This document shows, one piece after another, positions 49,093 through 63,277 of a DNA stretch of 64,000 nt. The position numbers were made by a program, and so were the translations under genes. The notes below the pieces were generated by a model. The model did no database searches. It saw only the letters and a program-made list of their open reading frames with translations, and was not told where the DNA came from. Positions within the stretch are counted from its first letter, which is position 1; each line of letters opens with the position of its first letter. Source of the DNA: Torpedo marmorata (Eukaryota); contig OZ360246.1 of the NCBI GenBank assembly GCA_977017645.1, forward strand, positions 15,624,001-15,688,000, given 5' to 3'.

Positions 49093-52000
49093 GTGCAGAA
49101 TTGCAGAAACCTTGCACTACTGATTTTCTGGCATCATTATTGGTGTAATACCCATTTCTACTTGAACCGGCACAATCTGGAGCAGAACGCTCCATGTTAA
49201 AACTGCTGTCAACAGTCTCCGAGAACAAGGAACACGCTGTGCTAGTTTGCTGCTTGTTAGCTATTTAAAGGGGCACCTTCCTGACCAGACTGGTCTCCTT
49301 CCGAAGTGACTGCGCTCTGCTCAAACCCCTTCTAGTCTCACAAGGTGTGCAGAAACTACAAAGAGTGCCCCATGCAGCATGTAGCTGTATACTTCATGGG
49401 TTCTTGCATTGTGGCAGCCCTTCATTATGGAAGGTTATGAGCAGGCTCTGCTCCGGAAGGCATGCCCATCTCAGACGAATCTGGCAAAATAACGACAGCA
49501 GTCGGTCCAGAGGAGAATGGCAAGGGGACGCAGTGCCTGAGGGCCAGGCGTAAGAGGACTGGGAGGAAGGTAGAGGCTATGGGGATGTCTGCTCAGTGTC
49601 CACTGCTGAGGAGAGGCATACATTGTCAGCCTGGGCTAAGGGAATCCTAAAAAAAAAAGCACATCTAAAGATCCTCCAAGCATCGACATTCTCTGCACAC
49701 ACTAATGGTTACTGCCATCCTACTGCATTGTGGTCATGCGGACTGCATTTAATAATCACTCACTTGCTGCTTTGTAGAAGTTGGATCAAATTATGGAAAT
49801 GATTTGTTCCAAGCGTTTGTGGTCTCTGCAGCTCAAAGGGGTGTGTTTTGTGAAAATATTTAAACTTGCCTTCATTATGTGGAGACTTTCGAACTGGAGG
49901 AGATGACTGTAACCACCTCCAGCTCTTCATGTGGTAGGCCCGCTCCATCTCCTGGACCCCAATCCACAGGATTTTCCTTTAACATGTATCTCACCGAGCA
50001 GGACTTTCATGTAATGTTTGAAACAACGTAGGCGCAGCCTCCCTTTCTCCTGGAGATTCCATCACCTGCTGACTATCCAAATGTGTGTTCAGGTGTCTGA
50101 CTTCATGGGAGGTGCATCTGGAAGTGCGGAGACCTTCTTTGCTTTCTGTGTAGTGAAGTGTGGGATCTGGGCTAAATAGGACAAGGAGCCTTCAGGACCC
50201 GTGAAGGTAGTGTCTTGGCACCAATCCAAGTTTTTATCTTGGTCTGGTTTGCAGGTTTTTGCAGGGAATCTGGTTCGCAGTTTGGTTCCTGTAAAATTGA
50301 GTTCTATTTCCATCACATTGGGATTTTATTATGAGAGAAAGTGATCCTCTTTAATGATATAATTTGCACCTAAAATCCCATGTCAGATTTTTCGTTCATT
50401 GCTAATATATGTTCTCCACTGAAGCAAGAAGTAATCTTGTTTAGTTTACCTTGTGTAACTGCGCAGAGTATTAAGTAGCATTATTCATAACTTCACATGT
50501 CTCATATATGTTATGAAAAATTATACGGCATGAAAGTTTAGTTGATGAGGCGGGCTCTTGAGGAAGAGGAGCCAGGGAGATTTAGGGGTGGAATTTCAGA
50601 GCTTTTACTGAGCCAACAGAAAGGCAGACAGCATTGGAGGAGCAGAGAGAATGAGGGATACTTCACAAGCTGTACAATCTACTGCACCAATGGGTTGTCC
50701 ATTTTAAAAATATACCTGCAACCTTGGATTAAAACAGTTCATGTTTGTAATCCACTCTGGTTTATATTTCATTCTGCTGATGGTTTACTTTGAAAATGTT
50801 ATCATTTTTGATTGAAAATACATAGGCTATAGAAATGTTATTGCTTAGAAATGCATTCCTACAATGTGAGACTTAACAGCTACATTGTGCTAGTTGCAGA
50901 CATCAGAAGAAGTGAATTGCATTGGAATAACTTGGCAAATGTGATGAGATTTGCTTTGCAACACTCAGTGTCAGTTTTGTCTTCCCTGCAAGACTGGGCC
51001 ATTAGATGGTACAATTACTGCCTTCACTCAGTGAGGTGGATTAATCCAATTCATGTTAGATTATTAAATGCGACGTTTAGAAAATGAAAGAGTGTATGTC
51101 TCCCGCAAAATTCCATTAGATACAGTGGATGCAACCAAAGAACCAAATAAAAGGCACTCTGACAGGATTTACTCCATTTCACAGTTTATCAATTTGGAAA
51201 ATAACTTGCAATCTTTAAAATGCTGCAAACGTTGATCTAAACTACAGATTCTTTCCCACTGAGTAGATTGTGCTATATCATAAGTGGCAGGAGCGAGGAG
51301 ATTAATTCTGTCAAATGAGCACTGGCGACATGTCCAGAACCTGTCCCTGCTACGATGATGTGCCAACACGTAGGCAGAGGCAGCACCAGCTTTGCTCTAG
51401 CAACCAGCGTTCTTATTGTACTTGAGAAACAAGTCTGTTGAATGTTCCCCCTCCCAATGCACCAACTTATGAATGGGATCGCTGTTGGCAAAGCAGGTTC
51501 CTGTGGAAACTGGGTCTGACTAATAGAACAGACTCATAAACTGATTCCTTTACTAATTTGTGACAATTTAGCTAATCTCAGCAAGGCTGAGGACAGCAGT
51601 TGACCTCAATACCCCTTGCTGAAGAAAATTACCCAAGAATTCTGTTCCTTATCACATTGCTAGGCGTCAGATAAGAATAGTTTGATATGAACCCTTTTCG
51701 CAATGATGAGTGACTTCCACTTGTCTGAGGTATCTGAGATTAGCTGAAAGCTCATGGAACTAGTAAAGAAGCAAAGAAAGGCCGTGCCATGGTACAGAAG
51801 GTTGCTATCCTTCAGCTTCAGTTTCACATAGATTGGCGAGTTAATCTGAGCAGTGGCTTCTGCAAAACACAGCAAGTGGAGGAAAGGATAATCTTCCACC
51901 CCAAGAAGACCAGCTAATGTACATTTGGATGATACAAGGAAGTCCTAACTTGTCCATCCCAAGGTGAATGTCAGACACTAACATAAAGCTGAACATTTAT

Positions 52001-52277
52001 TTTCTTCACAAGATAAAATAGGTTGTCTTGTATTTGTTGTGCGGTTGATGTGGCCTTATTGAGATAGACTAAATATCACAAAGGCAAGTAGCTTGAGTTG
52101 ATGGCGGATTGTTAAAAGGTTTGACTTCAGTAATAAAAAAGCAGGAAATTATACTTCTGTGGCAAAATCACAAATATAGTATATCATCTGTGACCATATT
52201 TTGTCCATTGAGTTGCCATTTCCTTTACACACTTCTGCTCAGCTTGTGATGCAGTACCTTCTATCATTAGAGTGAAA

Positions 52278-52631
52278 CACGAAAGTCTGCAGACGCTGTG
52301 ATTGCAGTAAAAACACACTGCCGGAGAAAACTTTACATAGTAAAGATAAAGATACATAATCAACATTTCGGGCCTGGGCCCTTCTTCAAGGTATGATCAG
52401 TATGTAGGCAGGCGACTGAATAACAAGGTGGAGGGGCAGGGGGAGAAGCACAGGCCCGAGTTCATAGGTGGATATAGGAGGGCCCTCCGACCTCCCCTGC
52501 CTGCGACCTCCACCCTCTGGCCTTCCCAGCCCCCCACTTCCTCCCTGTTCCCCCCAACAACCTTCCTCATGCCCTCCCTCCCATATATAAAGTACACAGT
52601 GTGACCTGCTGAGTTTCTCTGTGTTTTTACC
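52278..52631. mobile_element. Penelope-derived element with inverted ends
   Basis: Minus strand 52350-52395 reads CATACC-TTGAAGA-A-GGGC-CCAG-GCCC-GAAATGTT-GATTATG; right end GTGACCTGCTGAGTTTCTC. Confidence 0.75.
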
Positions 52632-53229
52632 TCTTCTATCATTAATTCAGTGAGATCAACGTGGTTCCAGACAGAAATTACTGCAGTTTATCTGGAGCGT
52701 TGCACTTGCAAAGTGGGTTCGTCTAACATTCAACTGTAAACTAATACCTTAATCTGGGTATTTTGTTTCACTTTTCATGCACTAATTTCTTGGCCATTCT
52801 GCTTGAGAAACCAAATTGCTTTTGAGGTCTGTGTTGGAGTATGCGGATCATATTTTGTTTTTATTCAGTGAAACCAACCCAGACATTGTAATTTATGTAA
52901 AAGAGGGCATGAAAGAAACCAGTTTATCTGATGTGTTCTTCTGAGAAATAAAGAATTAAACAGCAGATTCCCTGCATCTGCTTCCCATGTTTCTACGATA
53001 ATCTCAAAGCAGTAATAAACTGCAACTGACCAGCTTTTGTATCTGGGGGTAAAAAAAAAAACTGCAATCAAACTTTTCTTGAGGTGATTACAGCCAAGGT
53101 TGGAGGAATACAGTGGGGATCATTCTGCATGCACTGATCACCTTACAATAGCCACCTCGCCACAGGTTCATGCGCCTGCAGACGATTCTCTTCATGTTAT
53201 TCTGAAGTTCCAACCAGTCTTGTTTTGAA

Positions 53230-53500
53230 GGGTGCCCTTCAAAGCAGACACGCGGAGGAATTTATTTAGCCAGAGAGTGGTGAACCTCTGGAATTTGCTA
53301 CCATGGGCGCTGTGAAGGCCAGGTTGTTGGGTGTATTTAAGGCAGAGATTGATAGGTATCTGAATAGTCAGGGTATCAAAGGTTATGGGGAGAAGGCCGG
53401 GGAGTGGGGCTGAGTGGGAGAATGGATCAGCTCATGATGGAATGGCAGAGCAGACGCGATGGGCTGAATGGCCTACTCCTGCTCCGATATTTTATGGTTT
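53230..53500 (+). mobile_element. CR1 3' fragment
   Basis: AGCCAGAGAGTGGTGAACCTCTGGAATT...GGCCTACTCCTGCTCC tail. Confidence 0.9.
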
Positions 53501-53947
53501 GGAGGTTTTCTTTCAATCTTATTTTCTTCCTGTTCAGTGTGTCCACAGGAGGGTTGGTTTCATGGTCAGGGTTTAATTCAGCTTCTTCCACAAGCAATTG
53601 ACTCCTTCAACACAAGCTCCTGCCAGTTTGGTGGAACCCTCCTGCGAAAGAGATGTTTGTGCTTGTCCATAACGAAAGCCAGTGAAGTTAAACAGGGCCT
53701 TTTAAACTTGTTGTTCATTAATAGGTGTAGGCCTGCTGGCAAAGGTGGGAATGTGTAGCATGGCAAAGAGGTGCCAATCGAGGAGGCTGAATGGTGTCAA
53801 GCTTCTTTAGTGTTGCTTCAGTTGCAAGTGGATGATCTTCCTTCATACTACTTCATACATTTGTACCTTGCAGATGGCAGGAAGGCTTTGAAGTCGGGAG
53901 GTGAGACACTCGGCACAGCCAAACTCTCGTAGCTCCAGTACTTACAG

Positions 53948-54636
53948 TATAGAACCATAGAAATCTACAGCACAGAAAACAGGCCATTCGGCCCTTCTAG
54001 TCTGTGCCGAAACATCATTCCGCTAGTCCCACTGACCTGCACCCATTCCATAACCCTCCAGACCTCTCCCATCCATGTATCTATCCAATTTACGGTATTC
54101 TTAAAACTTAAGAGTGAGCCCCCATTTACCACATCAGATGGCAGCTCGTTCCACACTCCCACCACTCTCTGAGTGAAGAAGTTCCCCCTAATGTTCCCCC
54201 TCAACCTTTCCCCTTTCACCCTAAAGCCATGCCCTCTCGCATTTATCTCTCCCAATCTAAGTGGAAAGAGCCTACTCGCATTTACTCTGTCTATACCCCT
54301 CATAATTTTGTAAACCTCTATCAAATCTCCCCTCATTCTTCTACGCTCCAAGGAATAAAGTCCTAACCTGTTTAATCTTTCCCTGTAACTCAACTCCTGA
54401 AGACCCGGCAACATCCTAGTAAATCTTCTCTGCACTCTTTCAATCTTACTGATATCCTTCCTGTACTAAGGTGACCAGAACTGCACACAATACTCCAAAT
54501 TTGGCCTCACCAATGTCTAATACAACCTCACCATAACATCCCAACTCCTGTACTCAATACTTTGATTTATGAAGGCCAAGATGCCAAAAGCTTTCGTTAC
54601 AACCCTGTCTACCTGTGATGCCACTTTCAGGGAATT
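53948..54636 (-). mobile_element. CR1 LINE 3' fragment
   Basis: ORF 53965-54435 QRRFTRMLPGL...RRRMRGDLIEVYKIM...FFTQRVVGVWNELP; tail TTCTATGGTTCTAT. Confidence 0.95.
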
Positions 54637-54641
54637 CATCA

Positions 54642-54691
54642 ACATGGATGCTGCGTGACCTGCTGAGTTTCTCCAGCACGTGTGCATTGCA
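54642..54691 (+). mobile_element. Penelope-derived terminal fragment
   Basis: ATGGATGCTGCGTGACCTGCTGAGTTTCTCCAGCAC. Confidence 0.7.
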
Positions 54692-56279
54692 TTTATGTAG
54701 TTAACCCCAATTGAGTTCTGCTGACTCCCGAGACGTTGATAGTGAGGAACTTAGAGATGGTGGTGCTGATGGTTGAAAGTAGCTCGTTTTTTGCATTGAG
54801 GCTGGTCTTTCATTGCTTGGAACTTGTGTTTGACAAATTTTATTTGCTAATTGTCACCCCCACAAGCGAGGGATTTTCCTGATACGTATCGTCTGTTCCA
54901 CTATCCTCTGAGTCGTAACAGAATTGCATATTGTACAATCATCAGTGAGCAGACCCTCTTCAGATAAAACAAAGGAAAGGTTATTGGTGAAACAGTTAAA
55001 TATGGTTGGGGCGACAATACTGTCCTGGGGCATTCTTACAGGAACGCCTTTTCACCAAGATAATTAACTTCCAACAACCATAATCATAACTGTCTTTGTG
55101 TAAGGCATGGCTCTAACCAACGAAGGCTGTTTCTCCTCGATTCCCATTGAATTTAGTTTTATCAGAACTCCTCGATGGTGGACTGGTCAAGCATTGACAA
55201 ATCACAAGCAGTTGCTTTCACTTCGACCCTGGAATTAGTTTCCTTGGCAAGCACCGGACAATAGCTGTAACGAGATCTGGCGCTGAAAAATCCCAAACTG
55301 AACATTGGTGAGCAGGTGATTGGTGAACGCCACTTGATGAAGCTGTCAAGAACTGATTGGACACGTGTTAGCAAATTGGATTTGACTTCTCTGTGGATAC
55401 GACCTGTCTGGGTAGTTTTCCACATGGTCGGGTGTCAGCCATTGAATTCACTTGTGAAGAGGCGAGCCCATACTGGAACACAAGTCTGTCTTCCTCATCA
55501 CAGCAAGAATATTCTTGCCCCATAGTCTTTGCTGTGTTCCTTGATATTAACCACCAAAACCTATGTCCTTTTATGTTTGATGCCCCTTCAAATTCTTTTT
55601 TAAAAGAGCGCAAAAAAACATCAAACATTGTCGAAAACCTTCCTCTGAAACCCTGATGGAGAAATTCTGCCGAATGTGCGTGGTTAACTTGTACCCGGTG
55701 CAACCAGGGGAATTTCCTGGGTGTTGCGACACTGCCCAGAATCATGCCTTGTTGTGGTTCACGCTGGGAAAAAATTCACTTCCAGTTGCATGACACAAAA
55801 TTGCCTTTGTGTAATGGAAAATAATTGTCCAAAAAAAAACTGTTGGAGCTCTGTTGGTTGAAATTGTTAAAGCAGACTAATAGGTTCTTGCTGTGCGTGG
55901 GGAAGGTTGGGGTGGGGGCAGGGAATCAGCATTCTGGACTGACTGCCACATTGGAACCGAATCATGGATTAGTTTTAAGGGACCAATGGTGCTGTTCCCC
56001 TATTTCTAAACACAAAGAAAATTGTATGACGTGAAAAGATCGTGTGCACAGTTGTTCTGAAGAAAATATTTTAATCAAGCCATATCTCATGGACAGACCA
56101 GCTCTGGATCGCTGACTTTAACCTGGCTGTTACCACTCTACAAGATCAAATGCAGCCAAAATTACAACACTGCAGTGCCAGGCAAATTATTTTTCGGATG
56201 CTGGCTCATTATGTTTTGAATTCCTTCACTGAGTGGAATGGGATATGCCAGCAATTCAGTCAGTATCACTCTGAGAGTC

Positions 56280-57913
56280 ATTACAGCCTACAAAGCGAGG
56301 GCGAACACTATAGACGGCTGTGATGCTTCACTACCCGATGAGCTGAACACTTTCTATGCCTGCTTTGAGAAGAAGAACCAAACAGTGCCTACTAGAATCC
56401 CTGAAAAGGCTGAGGACCCTGTGATATCTGTCTCTGAGGGCGACGTCAGAACATCATTCAAGAGGGTGAACCCTCGCAAGGCGTCAGGCCCTGACGGCGT
56501 ACCTGGCAGGGTATTGAAAATCTGTGCCAACCAACTAGCCAGAGTGTTCACGGACATTTTCAACCTCTCATTGCGGCAGTCAGAAGTTCCCACCTGCTTC
56601 AAAAGGGCATCAATCATCCCAGTACCCAAGAAGAGTGGTGTGAGTGATGAAATGCTTTGAGAGGCTGGTCATGGCCAGAATTAACACATACCTAAGCCAC
56701 TGCAATTCACCTATTGTCACAATCGCTCCACAGCAGATGCAATATCGCTGGCTCTCCACTCAGCTCTGGATCACCTCGAAAACATCAATTCATACATACA
56801 GCTGCTCTTCATTAACTACAGCTCGGCCTTCAATACCATTATTCCCTCAGAGCTGGTCAAGAAGCTACAAACTCTAGGCCTCTGTACCCCTCTCTGCAAC
56901 TGGATCCTGGACTTTCTCATCGGAAGACCACAGTCAGTACGAATTGGAAATAACGTCTCCTCCTCACTGATTATCAACACAGGCGCAACCCAAGGGTGCG
57001 TGCTTAGCCCACTGCTCTACTCGTTATGCACCCATGATTGTGTGGCCAGGCACAATTCCAATGCCATCTACAAGTTTGGCGATGACACCACAGTTGTCGG
57101 CAGAATCACAAACGGCAATGAGGAAGCGTACAGGAGGGAGATAGATCAGCTCATTGAATGGTGTAATGACAACAACCTTGTGCTCAACGTCAGAAAAACC
57201 AAGGAAATGATTGGACTTCAGGAGGAAGTCAGGGGAACACGACCCAGTCCTCATCGAGGGCTCAGTAGTGGAGAGGGTCAAGAACTTCAAATTCCTGGGT
57301 GTCAACATACATCTCCGAGGATCTGTCCTGGAGCCTCCACGTTGATGCAATCACAAAGAAGGCTCGCCAGCGGCTATACTTTGTGAGGTGTCTGAGGAGA
57401 TTCGATATGTTACCGAAGACTCTCGTAATCTTCTACAGGTGTACCGTGGAGAGCATTCTGGCTGGTTGCATCACTGCCTGGTATGGAGGCGCCAACTCTC
57501 AGGACAAGAATAAACTCCAGAGGGTTGTTAACTCGGCTTGCGACATCACAGGCACCAGACTTCACTCCATCAATGACATCTACACGAGGCGGTGTCTTAA
57601 AGAAGCAGCCTCTATCCTCCAAGACCCCCACCACCCAGGACATGACCTCTTCACTCTGCTACCATCGGGAAAAAGGTATAGGAGCCTAAAGACGAGCACT
57701 CAACGGCGCAAGGACAGCTTCTTCCCCGCTGCCATCAGATTCCTGAATAATCAATGAACCAAAGACACTGCCTTACTTTTAGTGCACTATTATTTATATA
57801 TATATATATTTATAGTAATGTCGTAAGATGGTTATAATATGAATGTTTGCACTATGATGCTGCCGCAAAACACAGAATTTCATGACTTGTTCATGACAAT
57901 AAATTCTGTTTCT
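56280..57913 (+). mobile_element. Rex1/Babar-type LINE, about 1.6 kb 5'-truncated RT copy; disabled
   Basis: Colinear and highly similar to 44348-46024, with deletions near 56640 and 56697 and frameshifts. Confidence 0.97.
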
Positions 57914-59696
57914 GAGATAGATCCAGTGGAAGGTTTTGTTAACAGGTCGCTTGATTATAATTGTCCCATTGTGATGGCTTGGGCTTGCAACATTTTACTC
58001 GAGGAAATCCTATTTGAATTTTCTTTTTTACTGGGAAGATTATTTCTGCTTTGCTGACCCATGGATTTGCGAATCCAGTCTGGGTCACTGCATTCTCGAC
58101 CCGGAAAGCCACAAACTACATTCTCAGACGTGGTGCAAGTACTCCGAGCATTCCAGTCGTTCATGTTTTGAGAGAAGTGAGTGGATGGGCAAAGCTGTGA
58201 TGACTACAAACCATCCCAGACACCACAAAGCTCGTAGACGGGCTAAATTTGGTGATGAAATAAGTTGTCGAAGGAATTTTGAGGAGCTTGCTTTTGATGT
58301 GGTGTACAGACATAAGTGCCTGTGCAGCTGAGTGAGACCAAGGGCAATAACCTGGATTTTAAACACAGCTGTAGCAAAGAGGAAACATTTACTCTCAGAC
58401 GTTTTCATGTATAAATAACCCCATAAATTCTCAAGTGAAAGGGAGCACCTGCAGAAATTTCAGTGTACCATAATGGTCGTTTTGTGGGAGTCCACAGATG
58501 GTGCTGAACAGGCCTTCGCTGGACCTCAGTGAAGTCCTCGCCAGCACTGGTGACCAGTGACATCTGCTCCTGGGCACAGAAGCGCTCTCATTTCTCCAGA
58601 GGCGATGCAGGGACAATGACGTCGCCTGGTTTTGCCCAATGGGAAAATTGTGTCGGCCAACTTGCCCTGGAAAATCCTCCGCTGAATTTCCAGTGGGATG
58701 GGTGGTGGTTGCCTGGGATGTGGTGTGAGTCAGGATACACATAGGGCACACAGTTTTGGATGATCTCATGTGGGCACATCTAAATGTGATCTGGGAGACG
58801 TTGGAAAGGAATGAGCAATGTGCGGGAGAGCCGAATGGGAAAGCTCAGCTGACACTGGACCCTGGGACAGGAAGATGCCTCCGCGCAGCACAGCCACCCA
58901 AATGTCCTCTCCCACCGCAAATTAAAAGTCATTTTAAATTTGCTACACAGTGCCTTTCATGTCAGAGGTTTTTTTTTTGCAAATGTGGCTTTGCAATAGG
59001 CTTTCATCTGATGCTAACTCAAACTGGATACAGATGCTTTCTTGGAGACTGGTGTCGATTTAATTCCAACAAAGCCCAGGCAAAATAAATCGAAAACCCA
59101 ACACCTGTGTGTTCCAGACATACCGATACTTGTACACCAGAACTACTTCATATTAACATGCACATGGCAGCATCTCAGCAGGTTTACAGCCACAATTTGG
59201 AGTGCAGTTGAGTGAACAAGCATGGGATGGGGCTGATGCCCGATACAGGATGGATTTGGGGTGCATTATTTCCTCATTAAATATTCCAGAAACTAATTAT
59301 CAGATAACTGAATCATGCTGTTGACAGTTGAACATATTTGATGCAATTATTTTCCTGTTGACTGAATCAGCCAAGCATCACTTAGCAGTTAAGTATGCTT
59401 CAACCTTTGTGAACAGTTGAAGTGTAATCATTTCAGCAGACGTAATTTTATTAAAGCTCTTGTCAGAACCTTTTGTGATGCAGCCTCGTCATCTTCTTTT
59501 CATCTCAGTGTCAAGTTCCCTCTTTCTTTGCCATTCCAGCATCCTGGGCTTCCTCTGGTTTTCAAGCACAATGTGCAGTTAAAGTCATTTTTGTGTGTTT
59601 GCATCTGGTTTCCTTTTATTGAAGACCAGAGGAGTTTGCATCAATGGTATATTACCACCAGTAATACAGCGGGATAAATGTACAGAGGTGCGTTTT

Positions 59697-59740
59697 AGTG
59701 GCTGAGGAGAAATATAGACCAGGACACCAAGAGAATATCA
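59697..59740 (-). mobile_element. Possible Deu-domain SINE fragment
   Basis: GTGGCTGAGGAGAAATATAGACCAGGACACC resembles, from recall, the antisense Deu-domain 3' part; very short. Confidence 0.3.
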
Positions 59741-59749
59741 TTTCAAAGG

Positions 59750-60557
59750 TTCAGATTTCAGTTTCAGATTTATTGTCAGAGTACATACATGACATCACAT
59801 ACAACCCTGAGATTCTTTTTCCTGCGGGCGAGGCAGAATTACCACTTATTGGTAGTGCAAAAAAAAACTCTACACATGTAAACAAATAGAGAAATGTAAA
59901 CAAACTGCAATGCAGAGAAGAAAAAAAAATCAAATGAAGTGCAAAAGTACCAGTCATTAAACAAGTCGCTGATTGAGTTTATTGTGGAGGAGTCTGATGG
60001 TGGAGGAGTAGCAGTTGTTCCTGAACCTGGTGGTGTGAGTCTTGAGGCACCTATACCTCTTCCTGATGTTAGCAGCGAGAACAGAGCGTGTGCTGGGTGG
60101 TGTGGATCCTTGATGATTGCTGCTGCTCTGACAGCAGTGTTCCCCGTAGATGTTCTCGATGGTGGGGAGGGTTTTGCCTGTGATGTCCTGGGCCGTGTCC
60201 ACTACCTTTTGCAGGGCTTTACGCTCAGGGGCATTGGTGTCCCCATATCAGACCGTGATGCAGCCGGTCAGCACACTTACTACCACACATCTGTAGAAAT
60301 TTGCAAGGGTTTCTGATGTCATGCCAAACCTCTGCAAACTCCTGAGGAAGTAGAGGCACTGACATGCTTTCTTCATGATGCCATTAGTGTGTTGGGTTCA
60401 GGAAAGATCCTCCAAGATAGTGACTCCCAAGAACTTAAATTTGCTCACCCTCACCACCTCTGATTTCCCCAATGATCACTGGATTGTACACCTCTCGTTT
60501 TCCCTTCCTGAAATCAACAATCAGCTCCTTGGTTTTGGTGACATTGAGTGCAGGTTG
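59750..60557 (-). mobile_element. Rex1/Babar LINE 3' portion (family B)
   Basis: DTAQDITGKTLPTIENIY...RFRNNCYSSTIRLLHN; same 3' UTR as 36570-36965. Confidence 0.92.
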
Positions 60558-61065
60558 TGCAATTTACTTAAACAGGATCTGCCTTAAGTAAGTTTCCAGA
60601 CCTGGTCAGGCAGATCTCTGAAGCAGTGGCTACCATGAGTTGTGGAATTTACTCTATCCGTGCGCCATGGATTCATGGGCAGAAAGTAGCCTCTGGGGAA
60701 ACATCCTGTTTCATTGGATCCCATTGAGCATGTCCGGGTGCCACCACTGGGGGCTAAATTGGTCTGGCTACACTTGCGACACAGAAAGGGAACAACTGAC
60801 GTCAGCAGATCCCCAATTTTTCTTTTCCAAACATTTTCCCTGTAAGTTGAAAGGTGAATCACGCAGAAATGGTGCAGTAGAGTACGGCTTTCAAAGTAAC
60901 TTCTTTTTAGGAGGGAGAAACCTCTGCTTTATTTGATTCAATGGTATTTGGCTGAAAAGACTGCAGTTGCTCTAATCGTGGACTAAATACGCAGTTTAAC
61001 ATAATATTTGGTCATCTGCATCACGGAAGTTTCAACTTTGACTGCCCGTATTAGTTTAACTTGAA

Positions 61066-61246
61066 TGGTGAGAGTGTAGAACGAGCTGCCAGCTGAAGTG
61101 AGGCATACGGGCTCAATTTTAACAGTTAGGAAAAACTTGGGTGGGAGGTGCATGGAGGGCTATGGCCTGGGTGCAAGTTAATGGGACTTGGCAAAGTTTG
61201 GCATGGACTAGATGGGCCGAAGGGCCTGTTTTTGTGTTCTGTGGTA
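61066..61246 (+). mobile_element. CR1 3' fragment
   Basis: GAACGAGCTGCCAGCTGAAGT...GGGCCGAAGGGCCTGTTT tail. Confidence 0.8.
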
Positions 61247-61610
61247 CTAACTGATTTTAATTTGGACTTCTATCTGTCAACTATAACAGAAATCCCTTCT
61301 CTGATGTGGAAGGAGCACCATATCGAGGAGAGTTAGCCATCCTCAATCACCTGGTTACCTGTGGATCACACATGAAGAATGGCACCTTGGCCTGAGCCAC
61401 CAGGAAGCAGCTAATATTGATTGAGTTAAATGTGAGGGTGAATCAGCACCTCCAGAAAGGATAGAAGGCAGTTCATTAAAAATGTTACTCACACCCATTG
61501 TTGAAATCCAGGCACACGGTCGGTCAGACCATTCAAACATTTCAGAGAAAATACTAGAGAGATTTTTTTTTGTTTCAGACTGAGTGTTCACAAAGCCTAC
61601 TTGATTGGTT

Positions 61611-62285
61611 TGGTTTGCAGGTGCAGCAGGCCATCAAGAAGGCAAATGGAGTGTTGGCCTTTATTGCTAGAGGGATTGAGTTTAGGAGCAGGGAGGTTAT
61701 GCTGTCACTGTACAAGGTACTAATGAGGCTGCATCTGGAGTACTGCGTACAGTTCTGGTCTCCTTACTTGAGGAAGGATGTACTGGCTTTGGAGGAGGTG
61801 CAGAGGAGGTTCAGCAGGTTGATTCCAGGGATGAAGGGGTTAGCCTATGAGGAGAGATTGAGTCATCTGGGACTGTAATCGTTGAAATTTAGAAGAATGA
61901 GGGGATCTTATAGAAACCTATAAAATTATGAAAGGCGTAGATAAGATAGAGTGAGGTAAGTTGTTTACATTAGGGGAAACCAGAACTAGGGGACATAGCC
62001 TCAAGATTCAGGGTAGTATATTTGGGATGGAGTTGAGGAGGAACTGCTTTTCCCAGAGGGTGTTGAACCTGTGGAATTCGCTGCCCATTGAAGCAGTGGA
62101 GGCTACCTCAGTAAATATATTTAAGACAAGGTTGGATAGATTTTTACAAAGCAGGGGAATTAAGGGATACGGGGAAAAGGCAGGTAGGTGGAGATGAGCC
62201 TATCATCAGATCAGCCATGATCTCATTGAATGGCGGAGCAGACTTGACGGGCCGGGTGGCCCACTCCTGCTCCTATTATGTTCTT
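61611..62285 (+). mobile_element. CR1 LINE 3' fragment
   Basis: QVQQAIKKANGVLAFIARGIEF...HLEYCVQFWSP; FSQRVLNLWNSLP; same subfamily as 8411-8851. Confidence 0.95.
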
Positions 62286-62624
62286 AAATCCCATTTTGTT
62301 CTGAATAGATGATACTTACTCTCCTGTGCAAGGTGCTCCATCCAGTTTGGGAAAGACAATTGTGTTGTTATAAAGTTGACCCAGAGGAGCAGTGTGGGTG
62401 ACAGACAATGCTCCCAAAGCTTTAAGGTTGGAACAGAAGCCTCAGTAACATAAAATTGGTCTGCTGCCGGGTTCTGTCATCTTGGTGCTGGAGGAAGAGA
62501 CAAGCAGTGCTATCAGCACTTTCACGCTGTCATCCTTGCTGTGTTGGCAAGCGACCAGGGGTTGAGACTAGGCAAAACCAGGCCCCGCGGATTCTATAGA
62601 GAAAGCTCTTTTTCCTCTCTCCAG

Positions 62625-62678
62625 TTTTACTTGGCAGCCCTTGTGTGGGAACACTACAAAGCGGAGGCTGATAAAGAG
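62625..62678 (+). CDS. Candidate 54-nt symmetric exon (FYLAALVWEHYKAEADKE)
   Basis: Strong acceptor CTCTTTTTCCTCTCTCCAG; weaker donor GAG|GTGGGA; open phase 0-0 frame. Confidence 0.25.
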
Positions 62679-63277
62679 GTGGGACCTGGCAGTGCTCTCG
62701 GAATCTGAACTGTCTCCAGCCTGCAGCTGCAAAGACTGCCGTTTACTCTGCGATTAAAATACACAGCTTACAAAGCCAACATTTCAATGGGATCTGGAAC
62801 AAGCACAAAACGTTGATATGTACTTTCGGAGGTTAAAATGTTTTGGAAATCACAGGTTTGGCAAAGTAAGGATTGAACAACTGTTTACTTTGAAAAACTG
62901 CAGCTCTTTGCCAGAATGCTTGGAGATACATCGACCTTGGTGTTGCATGCATTGTTTGCAGCACTTTCATTAATGCCTTCTCAGTAACGTATTGGAAGTA
63001 TTTTGAACCTAATCTGGTCAGTGGAAACTGAATTTCCACAGAGTGAATGGATAGCGGGTTTGTAAAATGATATTGGGTTGGCCTGGTCAGATTCAAAATA
63101 CCTCCTCCTCCTCCAAACCTCTTGTGTTTCTTTATCTAAAGATCACCTCACATTAGATTCCAGCCAAGATGAGAGCTGGGAATTGTGATGTTTGTTGTAC
63201 CATTTTGGTTAGGTATTTCTAGTGGAACCCTGATTTTAGCAAGTTTCCAGGAGCACTGTGGTTGAAATCATCACATT

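Noticed and set aside
51702-51750. ATGATGA...CTGA snoRNA-like boxes
   Set aside because: Too short, with no convincing terminal stem or recognisable guide.
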